A DNA stretch of 63,314 nucleotides, the filler included, from Collodictyon triciliatum (taxonomy: Eukaryota): the NCBI GenBank assembly GCA_043381765.1. It is 10 parts of 10 records of this genome, joined end to end, with 100 filler letters (N's around TTAATTAATTAA, not from the genome) between each part and the next. Parts side by side here need not be neighbours in the genome. Positions count along the whole stretch, not along the records: positions 30,400 to 37,277 come from JBHJMP010004182.1; positions 37,378 to 44,257 come from JBHJMP010004183.1; positions 44,358 to 51,234 come from JBHJMP010004184.1; 7 more parts are not named here. One strand, given 5' to 3'. This document shows, one piece after another, positions 34,601 to 49,232 of this stretch; the stretch's first letter is position 1; each line of letters begins with the position of its first letter. The notes below the pieces were generated by a model. The model ran no database searches and had not been told where the DNA came from. It was given only the letters and a program-made list of their open reading frames with translations. Both the position numbers and the translations under genes were made by a program.

Positions 34601-37129
34601 AATTTTTCTTTTCTTCCTTTATTCGATTCAAGGTAAATATGTTTTTTTCTTATTAGCTCTTCCCAACCTCCAAATTAGATGACGCCTCTTCAATAGATCT
34701 TCGCTCCCTGGATAAGAACTGCTCATATTGTTTCATTTGCAGAACCTTTTCTTCAAATTCCATTTTTTCTGCTTCAAAGTCCTCCTAAGTAGGTAATTTC
34801 ACTCTTTAATCAATTTACAAGTTTACGTTGAATCATGAGGGAAAAAAAAAGAATAGAGAAATGCATGTAGAGGTCGGTTTCCTCCACAATAATCATCGAT
34901 GAGAACATACTCTAGCTCTCCGAATTTCCAGCCTATCTTTTTCTAAAATATATGAATTATTCCCAATATCTTGAGTCTGGCGTTGGATGCTCTAAATGAA
35001 CCCAGCATTAGGAAATAGGATTTTGATACGCATTTTCCTTACGAAATAGTTATTATTCACAGCGAGCGGAATGTTTTGTAATTATTGCAATTTCGCAAAA
35101 TAAAACCTCTACGCTCCTCTGGGCGATGATTAAAGCCTCGCGCTCGACTTGAAGGCTGACCTGAAGAGTTTCAATGGTTTTTTCCTAAGCCAAGTAAAAG
35201 TGCATTAGTTGAATCCCATCAACTAAAGATTGAAAATATCGGATCCGCCACATGTTAAGAATTAAGTCTGTTCATATGCACTCGTTCTATTTATTTCCTT
35301 ATGGAATGAATCATAATTACCTTTTGTACTATTAATGATTGACAATTTGATAACTCTCTTCTGAGAGCGTCTGAAATTTCTGTATTTCTCTGTTCCACGC
35401 GCTTGTTGACCAGATCTTCAATCTGGGACTCGACTTTATTTTTGTATTCTTCGTTTTGCTGGTCGATTTTTTCCTGGTGTGGGAATGACAGGAAGGAGAA
35501 AAATAATAACTCTTTATCAATGGTATTCTTATAAACCAAAAGAAAATACTGCGAAGAAGAAAAATAAATGGAAATGCATATCATAAAATATCGACATCAC
35601 TTCCTTCTCTTTTTTTTTTTTCCTTCTTAAGTACAAAGTCAACATACAATTTTGCCTATCAAGTCCTTTTCCAACTCGCGAACCTTTCTCCACTTTTCGT
35701 CCAAATCTTTCTCTCTTTGGACGACTTCTTGAAAACGAGCACATCTTTCTGTTTCCATCTGACGCATCCAATCAGCAGCCTCTCCTTCTAAAGCAGCCTT
35801 GCGTTTCTGCATTTCCTCGAGCAGCTGGACCTTCATGATGGATAGTTTTAGCTGGTCTGTCTCATGAACAAGGCCAGGACCTTGGCTGGACATAAGCCCG
35901 TTTTTTGCGTAATCCTTTCCATATTCGATCTCGTTTTCTCTCTCTATTTGATTACTCCTCGGGGTTTTAGTCGACCGCTGCGCCTCTGACGATGTGCGCA
36001 CAGCATTCCCTGCAGCCGAGCTAGACTCCACCAAACTTCTGGATGCAGATCTGGATCTGGACTTTGATCTCTGGGAAGGTAGCGGATTCTCGGTCGGTTG
36101 CGAATGAGAGGCCACCCTTGACTTTGCAGCCGAGTCCGAGGGCTTGGGCACGGAAAGGCTCGCATGGGGCGAATCAAGCAACCCTGTCGACTGCGTCTGC
36201 AACTGAGGCGCGCTATCCGGACGCAGAAAAGAGTCTGCAGCCTCAGAGGGCGGATTGCGCGGACTGTTCCTTGAGCGCGACTGCTGTAAATCCTTGGGTT
36301 CTGTAGAGGGCCTTCGGTGCAGCTTTGGTTCGGCCGGGTGAATACTCGAGCGGCCTTCGCCTTCAGCAGATGCTCTATGCTGCGATTCATGGGCTCTCTT
36401 GGTCTGAGTCTGAGTCTGAGTCTGTACAGTTTGGGATGATGAGAATGAAGACGGAGACGGGATTCGGGGCGACGTTTGTTGGACGCGGCCCACAAAGGCA
36501 CTGTCGCTCGTATTCTCGTCCGGCAGCGTCGCGTGGTTCGTGCGATGAGTCCTTTGGCGATGGACTGAGTCGTCGACAGTGCGCTTTGTTCGGCGAGAAT
36601 GCGGGTCGCAAGGTGCAGGTCTCGCAGTAGATGAATGCGGTGCGTTTTGGTCGGACGAATGCGTGCGGCGAGAATGCGGGTCGCAAGGTGCAGGTCTCGC
36701 AGTAGATGAATGCGGTACGCTTTGGTCGGACGAATGTGTGTGGCGGGGCCGCATTCTGGAGGGCCTGTGGGGTGGCGATGCGCCCGGGGCGGTGACGGTG
36801 GCCTGGCTGTGTGTCTCGGGCGGGGACGGCGGTGGGGACTGCACAATGCCCTGCAGCGTGATGGTGGCGACCGCCCGATGTGTGGCGGGGTTTGTGGCGG
36901 GGCGTGTGGCGGGGTTTGTGGAGGTGGCGCTGTGCACGCGGCCGTGGGCGTCGACCTGGTGCAGCTGCACCCACGGCACGCTTCCCATGCTGCTCATGCT
37001 CCGTGGGGTGTGTGGCTGTGGCTGTGGCTGTGGCTGTGGCTGTGGCGAGTGTCCCGTGCTTCGCTGCATGTCGTGCATCTGCTGGTTGACCGTGAGGACT
37101 GAGGAGGGTTCTAGAGGGTCGATTTTCAT
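31678..37129 (-). CDS. Unknown multi-exon protein: disordered Ser/Pro/His-rich N-terminus, central coiled coil, Ser-rich C-terminus
   Basis: A 496-aa first-exon ORF runs into heptad-rich KAALEGEAADWMRQMETERCARFQEVVQREKDL. Further GT-AG exons include EKIDQQNEEYKNKVESQIEDLV, and the last exon ends LALIGRAS*. No family recognised, and the internal exon chain is approximate. Confidence 0.6.
36591..36740 (-). repeat. In-frame 75-bp tandem duplication (2 copies) in exon 1 of the coiled-coil gene
   Basis: CGGCGAGAATGCGGGTCGCAAGGTG... starts at both 36591 and 36666. It encodes THSSDQxxPHSSTARPAPCDPHSRR twice. Confidence 0.9.
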
Positions 37130-37478
37130 TTCTTTCCTTCTCCAGCGTTTTTTTGTTTTTTTTTACTGTTTTTACTGCTTTTTCTTTTTTTTCTTGTTTT
37201 CTTGTTTTCTAATTTTTTTTGTTTTTGTTTTTGTTTTTGTTTTTGTTTTTTCGTTTTTTCGTTTTTTCGTTTTTTCGNNNNNNNNNNNNNNNNNNNNNNN
37301 NNNNNNNNNNNNNNNNNNNNNTTAATTAATTAANNNNNNNNNNNNNNNNNNNNNNNNNNNNNNNNNNNNNNNNNNNNAAAAAAAAAAAAAAAAAAAACAA
37401 AAAAAAAACAAAAAAAAAAAAAAAAAAACAAAAAAAACAAAAAAAAAACAAACAAAAAGATAAAGGTAAGGTCGTCAC

Positions 37479-38104
37479 ATGTGCAAAACGTGCGTTGCCA
37501 CACCGTTTCCCGATCGCGGAAGCACTTGCCTGGACACAGGCGCACTCCTTATCAATCTCCATGAGTGCGCAAAATGCCACAAGAAGGGGTTCCCTCGCCG
37601 AGAGGAGATCCCCGCAAAGGCCGCCTCCAGTTCAGCCGGAAGCTCCGATTCGGACTCTGAGTCTTCTGTTGACGAGGACGAAGAGCGCACTGTATTCCGA
37701 CGTACGTAGTCAGCCTTCCGACGAATGAGTTCGGGACTGAGTTTTGACTTTCCCTTTGCCACCAGCGATAGAATGTGTTCATGATAGGAAAAAAAAATGA
37801 GAATGATAAAGAACCAGAAGACCAATGGACGCTTTTTATTGTGCTCCTGGTGCATGTCTTTGAATAAGAGATACGATACAAAAGGGCACCAGTGGACTCA
37901 CAATGCTCGCTCATCGCCGCTCCTTCCTCTGCATCAACAGATATCTGCGCCCATTGCGACCATGTCATAGCCACACACAAGCACAGTTTCAAGGCCGGCA
38001 GGCGCTTTCAAGAGTACTGGATGGAGTGTTTGCTATGCGGCAGAGCCTCGGACACCCGCTCAATAGAGCCTTTTGACCCCAGGAAAGCGCCCCCGCTTTT
38101 CTAA
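37479..38104 (+). CDS. CHURC1: Churchill zinc-binding protein, 2 exons (37479-37701, 37941-38104)
   Basis: MCKTCVATPFPDRGSTCLDTGALLINLHECAKC...TVFRHICAHCDHVIATHKHSF...FQEYWMECLLCGRASDTRSIEPFDPRKAPPLF* is colinear with the Churchill family Cys/His pattern. Confidence 0.93.
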
Positions 38105-38890
38105 AAGTCGCTCAGACCGTTCCTTCTTTCATAAAGACAAAAGCAGAAAGCAAACGGCAGATTGCCTGAAACATCTGCACCCTCATTCAACGGATACTTC
38201 CATTTGAGAATGTACGGTATGTCTGATTTGACACATAGCCTCTTACCCCATATGGCCTGATGGCGCTATCTGGTCATTCGTGTGATGCTGCGAAGACCTC
38301 GCCGGAAATGGGATGGCGGCTGACGCGTTGCCATGAGATGGTGCGCTGTAATCACGTGAGCAGTGTGATTACCGACGAAGGAATGACAATCAGTGACGTC
38401 GCGCACTGCCCAGCCCACGCCAACAAACGGCTCGGTTAAATCCATATAAATTACCCGAGACCACTGGGATTTGCCAAGACTGTGAATGGGTGATTGGCGC
38501 TGCGGATGTAAATCTGTCCTCCCTCTGTCAATCACATCCAGGCAGACATCAAATGGAGACTGGTCAGAGGCATCCGCGATGGCGAGGCAGTGACACGGGA
38601 ATCACCATCGCTGTGTGAATAAGAACGCATGACACATGCAAGCTGACCGATTGATGCTTTTTTTTTTTTATTTATATATATTTCACACGACACATTATCT
38701 CTGTTGTGTTCGCAAGTTCCAACTCAAAGTGAAGCTGTGCGATTTTGTTCATGGTGTTTTGATCTCGCACGATTGTGGTGCTATTCGTGGGGTATGTGGG
38801 TGCAGCCTATAATTTTTTCTTTCTCTCTTTCTTTTCTCTTCACGCAACGAGTAGAACAGCATATACAAGACAGAGACACCGCCCGGCATA

Positions 38891-39856
38891 ATGCAGCACG
38901 TTGATTTAGAGGCCCTGGAAACTGACATCACAGCACGGTGGGTGTTGGCCTTGTTATCGACTTCTTTTTTCCTTCCAAGGGTGCTGAGCTAGGTCATAAA
39001 GCGCACCAAATGGCATATGTTCTATGATGTGCGAGCAACTTTCCAGTCTTGTGCTTATGATTTTTCACGCACGTGGCAAAATAGCTTCAAGTATCTGGCT
39101 GGCTTCATTGGCTGGACAAAGGAAGATGAGGAGGCGGTTAAAGGTGCTGCGCCCCTGCTTGGTCCGCTGGTATGCGCGATTCTTATAATAGATCGACGAG
39201 TTATTGTCTCATCATGCGAGCTCTATATCTTGCAAATAGGTTCCGTCCATTACAGACGCTGTCTATGTGAAACTCTTCTCTTTCGACTCAACAAAGGTAT
39301 CAGAGCTCATTTCCCCCTAGTATCTGATAAGTGCAGAGCGCTTTATGCATGGTCTAGTCATACTGCTTGGCATTCAATATCAACTCATCCGAGCCTTTCA
39401 AAAACAGAAATATTTTGTTCCTCGTGGACAAGGATACGAAGGAGATATTGCCAGCAGCTTGGAGAACCTGAATCTCGACCACCCGCAAATCAAGTTCAGG
39501 TGCACTGCTTTTTTTTTTGATGCATTCAAATGGTCGCCCGTATTTTTTTTATTTAATGCAAAAGATAAATAAAACAATAGAAAGAACATGCTTGGCCGTT
39601 ACTTGACACGCCTGGTTACTTCTGAGTTTGATGAGAAGCTCGTTTCGTACCTTGGTATCGTTCGCCTCGTTTTATATCGAAAATATGTGTGTGGTCGCTG
39701 TCACATGTCTGTGTATGACTTTTATTAAACTCTACAGTATTTCAAACAATCACTTTTTTTTTTAAAAAAAAATAAAACTTACCAGATTTTGTTGGAAAAA
39801 TCCATACTGACCGCGCTGTAAGCCTGCTTTTTTTTCTGAACTGATATCTAACTTAT

Positions 39857-39930
<74 letters not shown>

Positions 39931-40455
39931 TTGTTGATAATTACATCTGTAACATTTTCTTGGAAAGTAATATCATTATGTTAATTTGAGGCTTTTTCTT
40001 TCTTTCTTACGTGATGCAGGGCTCGAAGTCTATCCACGTTCGTCTGGTTCACATGAACGCCTTGATGGGGTTCGTCGCTGATGCTATTATGGGCATTATC
40101 CATTCTTTCAATCTCCCTCCCGAACAAGAGATTAAGACGCAACGCGCCTTCTCAAAACTCCTCTGGATTCAAAACGATTTCATTACACGGTAAACTCGAT
40201 TTTGGCTGTCTGGAGCTATCAATCATTCCAATATCAAAATCCTTATTTTTATTTTCCATTCAGTAACGACATTAAAATCTTGCTTTCAAAGCCATCATAC
40301 TGATCATATTTTTTTTTTTAACCATTATCTGCAATTTTCCAATTCGTGCAAAAAAAAAAAAAAAAGCGCTATAGTTTTGATGATGAATATGCATTTCATG
40401 TAGCCACTACGAGCGACCCTTAGAGGCAACTGCATCTTCATCGGCTTCTCATTAA
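38891..40455 (+). CDS. Protoglobin / globin-sensor-type single-domain globin, 8 exons
   Basis: Spliced product MQHVDLEALETDITARFKYLAGFIGWTKED..VPSITDAVYVKLFSFDSTKKYFVPRGQGYEG..HPQIKFRKNMLGRYLTRLV..YLDFVGKIHT..SIHVRLVHMNALMGFV..RAFSKLLWIQNDFITRHYE..* fits the sensor single-domain globin pattern, with the proximal His in GKIHT. Confidence 0.85.
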
Positions 40456-40716
40456 AAGAAATAAAATGTTCGGTTGAACAACAACGAAGGGTGTTTTTTT
40501 CGAATGCAGGAGTTTTTGAATCTCCTTGACGTTCAATCCCGAAAGAAAAAAATCTTGTATGCGGCAACGAATAAAAATACGAGACACATACTTTGAATCG
40601 AATAAAGGATGAAAAAAATAAGCTAATTGAAAGGAGGGATTTCCAAGATTTCTCTACTTTGGAAGACCTTATGGCTAGATTCACAGCTTTGTTTCCATTC
40701 AAGTCTGATAGATTTT

Positions 40717-40837
40717 ATGTATGTATGTATGTATGTATGTATGTATGTATGTATGTATGTATGTATGTATGTATGTATGTATGTATGTATGTATGTATGT
40801 ATGTATGTATGTATGTATGTATGTATGTATGTATGTA
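40717..40837 (+). repeat. (TATG)n intergenic microsatellite
   Basis: Read directly. Confidence 0.95.
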
Positions 40838-41182
40838 TTGAATTCCTCCAGCACACTTGTTCAAGAGTCTCTTTTATGTTATCGAATAAAGGGAAAAAAA
40901 ACAGTCTCTTTTATGTTAGTGGCAGGCTAAGTACTGTTGTCTCGAAGAAAAAGATTTTTCGACCGGTGGCAATGCCCAACACACTGCAAAACAAAGCAGC
41001 ACTTTGAACCGTATTGTCATCTGAAGGGCTGCAAGTCTGGAAGTTAAGTCTGAGTGCACAGAGGGAAAAAACGCTATGTATGAAAGAAGAATAAAGAAAA
41101 TAAAGGGTAACGAAATAGTAGACTTTTACCGTGAGCTTTGTCACTCATTTGCTTTTGATGTCCAGGACTCCCTGGAGCGCTG

Positions 41183-44140
<2,958 letters not shown>

Positions 44141-44194
44141 AGTAAAATATATTTACCATTCGGCCTATGAAAAAACAATAATCGAGAAATATCG

Positions 44195-44246
<52 letters not shown>

Positions 44247-45596
44247 TTGTTTTTTTTNNNNNNNNNNNNNNNNNNNNNNNNNNNNNNNNNNNNNNNNNNN
44301 NTTAATTAATTAANNNNNNNNNNNNNNNNNNNNNNNNNNNNNNNNNNNNNNNNNNNNAAATGAAAACGTATTAAGTGTTTGAGTGAAGAAATGTCGCAAA
44401 AGAAAAAATAATGAAAAGAGAGAATAGAATAGAGAAAAGGAAGAGAAAAAAAAAAAGACAGGAGACAGAAGACAGAGAACAAAGAGAGAAGGAAAGAAAG
44501 AAAGGAAAAAGGAAAGAGAGAAAAGAAGAAAAGAAGAGAAAAGAAGAGAAGAGAAAAAAGAAGAGAAAAAAGAAGAGAAAAAAGAGAAGAGAAAAAGGAG
44601 AGGAAAAAAAAAAGGAGAAATAATAACTGCTTGGGAGGTTCATGTTTTTATTTGTTCTTTATTGAGCACCGTCCTTGTGTCTTCAAAGGCTGTTGTATAG
44701 TCCAACACAATTATGTGATCAAAGAAGCTAAAGGAACTTGCAAAAGCCCATAAAGAGGGATTTTTGTCTCTGCTTCTTTACTTTTCTTTCAACAAACACA
44801 AACAAGGAAAACGTCTCTGCTGGAAAGAAAAAACCAAAAAAAACCAAAAAAACCAAAAAAAACCAAAAAAAACCAAAAAAAACCAAAAAAAACCAAAAAA
44901 AAAACCAAAAAAACCAAAAGAAAAAGAAAAAGAAACTGTTGAAGAGACCAGTCCAACACGTGATCAAAATCAGAAAAGGAGCAGAAAAAGAAAAACAAAA
45001 AGGAACAGAATCCAATTACAATAAATATAACAATACAGCCGCGTTGTTGAGTGACACTCTTTGGTTCGCCCCAACAAACGAGTTGTTCTTGCTTGCGCTT
45101 CTTGCCGAATCACCCGGATCTCTTGTTTGCAGCGCGCTTGATCACAAACGCCCGAAAGACAGCACATTTTCAATTCCACTTCGCCCATTGTGGAACTCAT
45201 AATGATAAGTTACTTCGGAAGTTGTCCCACCACATATATATATTAAGGATTATATTGAATTTGTATTATATAGTATAATTTTATGCTATTTTGTATACAC
45301 ATAAATATTATTTAGTCGTTTTATACTCCTGTTAAGATTACATTATTAAATTTTCCAAAAATAAAAGTACCGTACATATGAGAACTTCAATTGTTTTCTC
45401 TTTTTTTTTGTTTCTTTTTTCCACCCCCTTCATTTCCTTCGTTTTTTCTTCTTCCTTCTGTTATTATATTCTCCCAACAGTCATACACACACCCGTTTTT
45501 CATGGGCCATAGCCACACAAAAGTGATGAAAACAATATCACCCGCCATGTTGTCGTTTTCTTCTTGACTATTTACTCCCCTTCAACAGACTTAACC

Positions 45597-48500
45597 ATGC
45601 GACCAGCCTCAGCCCCAAAAGTGCTCCGGAAACCTCCCGTTCAGCCGGTAGTCTCATCTACACAACCTTCTGTCGCGGCCAAAGTGCACTCACATTCTAG
45701 TCAAATGACCGTACAGAACATGACTGATCAAACTATTGGATCTAAAGTCCAAGTTCGTAACTAAATATATTGACGGTGGTGTGTTTTATGTTATCTTTTA
45801 CTTTTATCTTTTTAATGTGTTATTTCAATTAATATTTGTCTTTATATATATTGTCGAAATATAGTATTCTCAATAAATCTTATGTTTCTCTACTTTACTT
45901 TTCGTCGGATTATCATCCCATTCCCCTTTTCCCTTCTTCTTGAAAGGAAAATACAAATAGCGTAGAAACCATAGCACCCCTCATTTTTATTTGTATAGGA
46001 TTTATGCGAAGAGGATAAGGCGAAGATCGCAAAGCTAATTGATGTAAGTGATGTGCATCTGACTAGTTTATCAAATGAACAAAAGGAAAAAGTTATATTT
46101 CCGGATTTTTAAATATTGAAACAATTTTCAAAGTTAAATCAATTATTTCGATATCACATTATTCAAAACATCACACATGAAAGTACCTTATACTTTATTT
46201 CAAAAAAACGTTCATAATGTATATTTTTGAGCGTATCTAACTATAAAGTTAAAAATTCTAGCGTTCAGATATAGAATCGAATCATATGATATGCATTGGT
46301 ATAAATCAATTAATATTTCCTTATCAAATTATAGGAACATCGCCAACTGACCCACCAGAACCGACAGCTCCAAAAGAAAGCGGAAAATGAAGTTGCTTTA
46401 TTCGAGGCAAGAATGTCAAAATTAAGAACACAAAATGAGGACATAATCAAAGAAAACATAAGTAAGTCTCACGAGCTCGATGCCTAAATTTTCTAGCATT
46501 CATGTCGATGTAATATCAAGCCTTTTTTTACTTTAAATATTATATCAGTGTTAAAGAGTCAAGTAAACCATGAAATTTTGAAGTCAAAGAAAATACAAGA
46601 GCAGTTAAACAAGTTCCAAAACGTAAGTAATGTATATTCCTCAACTTTGAGCACAGGGTGTTTTTCTTATTGACAAACGCGATCTTTCTAAGTGAATTGT
46701 GTAAATACGACACGGATATTCCAAAGTGCCATCTCATCATTCCATAAATAAATTTTTAAAAATATGAATACCAAAACTATGATGGATGTTTATAACATTT
46801 GACATTGGATAAGTAGAGAGAGTTTGCAACGAAATCTTGCCAAACCGTTAATTCATATACGAGAGGAAAGGATGACTCAACCCAGACAGATACCAATAGC
46901 GATCAATTAGATGGTTAGTCAGTTTACATCTTTCAAGAATGATACTCTAAACAAGAAAACGAGCTTGATGTTTTGCATATTTATAATGATAAGTATATAT
47001 AGTTTATGTACAGACAGAAAACAGTGAACCGTCTCTGCAAATACAAACTTTAAATAGCCAGAACACAAGCCGATTTAGAGTTGGTGCATGGACTCGTCTT
47101 CAGCCTACAGATGAATCAAAAGCCACACAAAAAGCTCATTTGAATACTGCAACATCGTTGGCATCTCGAATAGATGAGTTTGTTGCGCAAAGTTCCATTT
47201 CATATGTAAAGAGGAATCCGATGGCCGATCAGGGACATAATAAACTGATGGACGTTACCTTTCAAATGCCTGAAAAAGGGGATGATGATGAACGCGATTA
47301 TGAAGAGGAGGATGAAAGAGAAAAAATAAATTCAAAGTCACTGATAGCCACTGCCGCTCAGAAAATGTCAAATGGTCAACACAAATACAACAAACAAGCC
47401 AAACCTTCTGTCAATTCATCAGGTAAATTTCTTTACCATTTTAAATCGCATGAGAGAAAAGGAATATTATTTCATGGTGCATTTCTTTCATTAATCGATT
47501 ATCAACCATCAGATGCTAACAAGCTGCAGAGGAAGTTTCAAGCAAATGTTTCTTTATCCCCACCTAAATCATCTAATTGGGCCAGAATGCTCCAAATCCA
47601 ATCGCTAAAGACAACAAATTCTGGGGATGACAAGTCAAATACTGTCATGATAAACCAAGAAGAGATGAGTCGTAATGACCAAACTTCCTCCGAAGACTCA
47701 AACTCTGATTTTGAAAATCGCTTGTCAAGGTTGTCGATGAGATACTCTAGCACAGCCCGAACACACACAGGACCAAATGGTCAACAGAATCAACCCAAAG
47801 AGTCAATTATTTCAGCTCAAGAATCCATAGTTGATGCAGACAAACCATTATTCGAATCTGAGCCATCCAGTGTAAATAAATCAGAGGCGAAGGAGATTTC
47901 ATATGACCGCTCGTTGCTTTCTATTTTGGAGGGGAAAAAGTCCGTGCCTTTTCAACCAAAGATAACTCTTCGCACAGAGTCTAGAGATTTTACAGAACGA
48001 ACTGACGATGAATTTAGCATCTCTGAAAGCGTTGAGACAAATAAAGATCTGAGTAAAGGCCATTCCAATAAATACGCTCTCAAACAGGTATCAGAGAGCA
48101 GAAGGTCAGATGATTCTTTTGTTATCAGTGAAGTGACTCAACCAACACGGCCAGCATCTCCTAAAGGTGTTTCTGAGTCATCTATTTCAACACGAAGAAC
48201 GCACATTACACAAACAGTACCAGATTCTAGGAAAGTCTCTATCAAAGATACAAACACAAATCAGCAACGAAAACAAACAAATGTCCTTAACACAGGGAAA
48301 AGTATAATACCAATATCCTTGGATGACTACTTATCCATGCAAGAAAAGATTGCTGGGGATGAGACCGAATCATCCAAATCTGAGGGAACACAATCTGCAA
48401 GTTGGTGGGAAGAGCCTATCGAGCTTACACCTGCAGCCATGGACAGTGATTTGATCCCGGTTGTACAGCGCCCTCAAAAGCAAGCATCCGCAAGTTCTCA

Positions 48501-48789
48501 ACAAGATAGACTCAGACAAGCAGCCGAACGAACAAATCCAAAAACCTATGACATAAAGTTAGCCCTTTCCCAGTTAGAAGCAACGCGAGGTCATGTGGTC
48601 CATTCATCGCAGGCCAACCCCAACACAACTGCAGCAACACAAGCTAAAAGCATCGTGGATAATACGAAATCGAATCAAGGCCCGATTCGCTCTGGCAACC
48701 AAGCTGTTCATGAAGTTGCATCGTTGGACCCATCCTTCTTCGACTTTGTCGATGGCCTCGGAAAGCAAATGTTTACACAACCTCGGTAG
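45597..48789 (+). CDS. Hinderin/KIAA1328-like coiled-coil protein with a long disordered C-terminal region
   Basis: Exons give DLCEEDKAKIAKLID|EHRQL..ALFEARMSKLRTQNEDIIKEN, which resembles the KIAA1328 motif DLCxEDKxxIAxLI..FExKIxxLxxQNExIIKE. A long Ser-rich exon follows (47057-48789). The true 3' end is uncertain. Confidence 0.65.
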
Positions 48790-49232
48790 AGTCCGCCCAA
48801 ATCTCGGAGAATTCTCATTCTTCTTTAGCATATACATTATTCTGGATATCGTAGAGTGCAATAGATATACCTTATGCAAGATATATTTGGGCACTCAATC
48901 ATACGGGCAACATAATCTCCTATAATAAACTAATCATAGAAAATTGCACTCAAGTCCAATTTTTATATATTTTTTATTCTAAATATATCGCAAGTGTGCT
49001 CTTGTTTCCATCACCCGTTTGTCTGTTTTGCAGCAGAGTTCCGATTGTTTAATAGTCAGTCGCATATAACTGCTACTTGTTGTGGTAAATGTATGTTAAA
49101 GAAGAAATTAGAAAAGAGATGAAAAAAAAAAAAAAGGTACCAAAATAAAGTTACTTGAGTAAAATAAAAATAAGCATATGGCCGCTTCATAAAAGGATGT
49201 GTGTTTCATAGAAGAGTTTATACCCATATATT

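Noticed and set aside
36579-37325. Antisense ORFs over GC-rich first exons (also 5400-5771 and 6188-6487)
   Set aside because: They are shadow frames of real minus-strand exons with no independent motifs.
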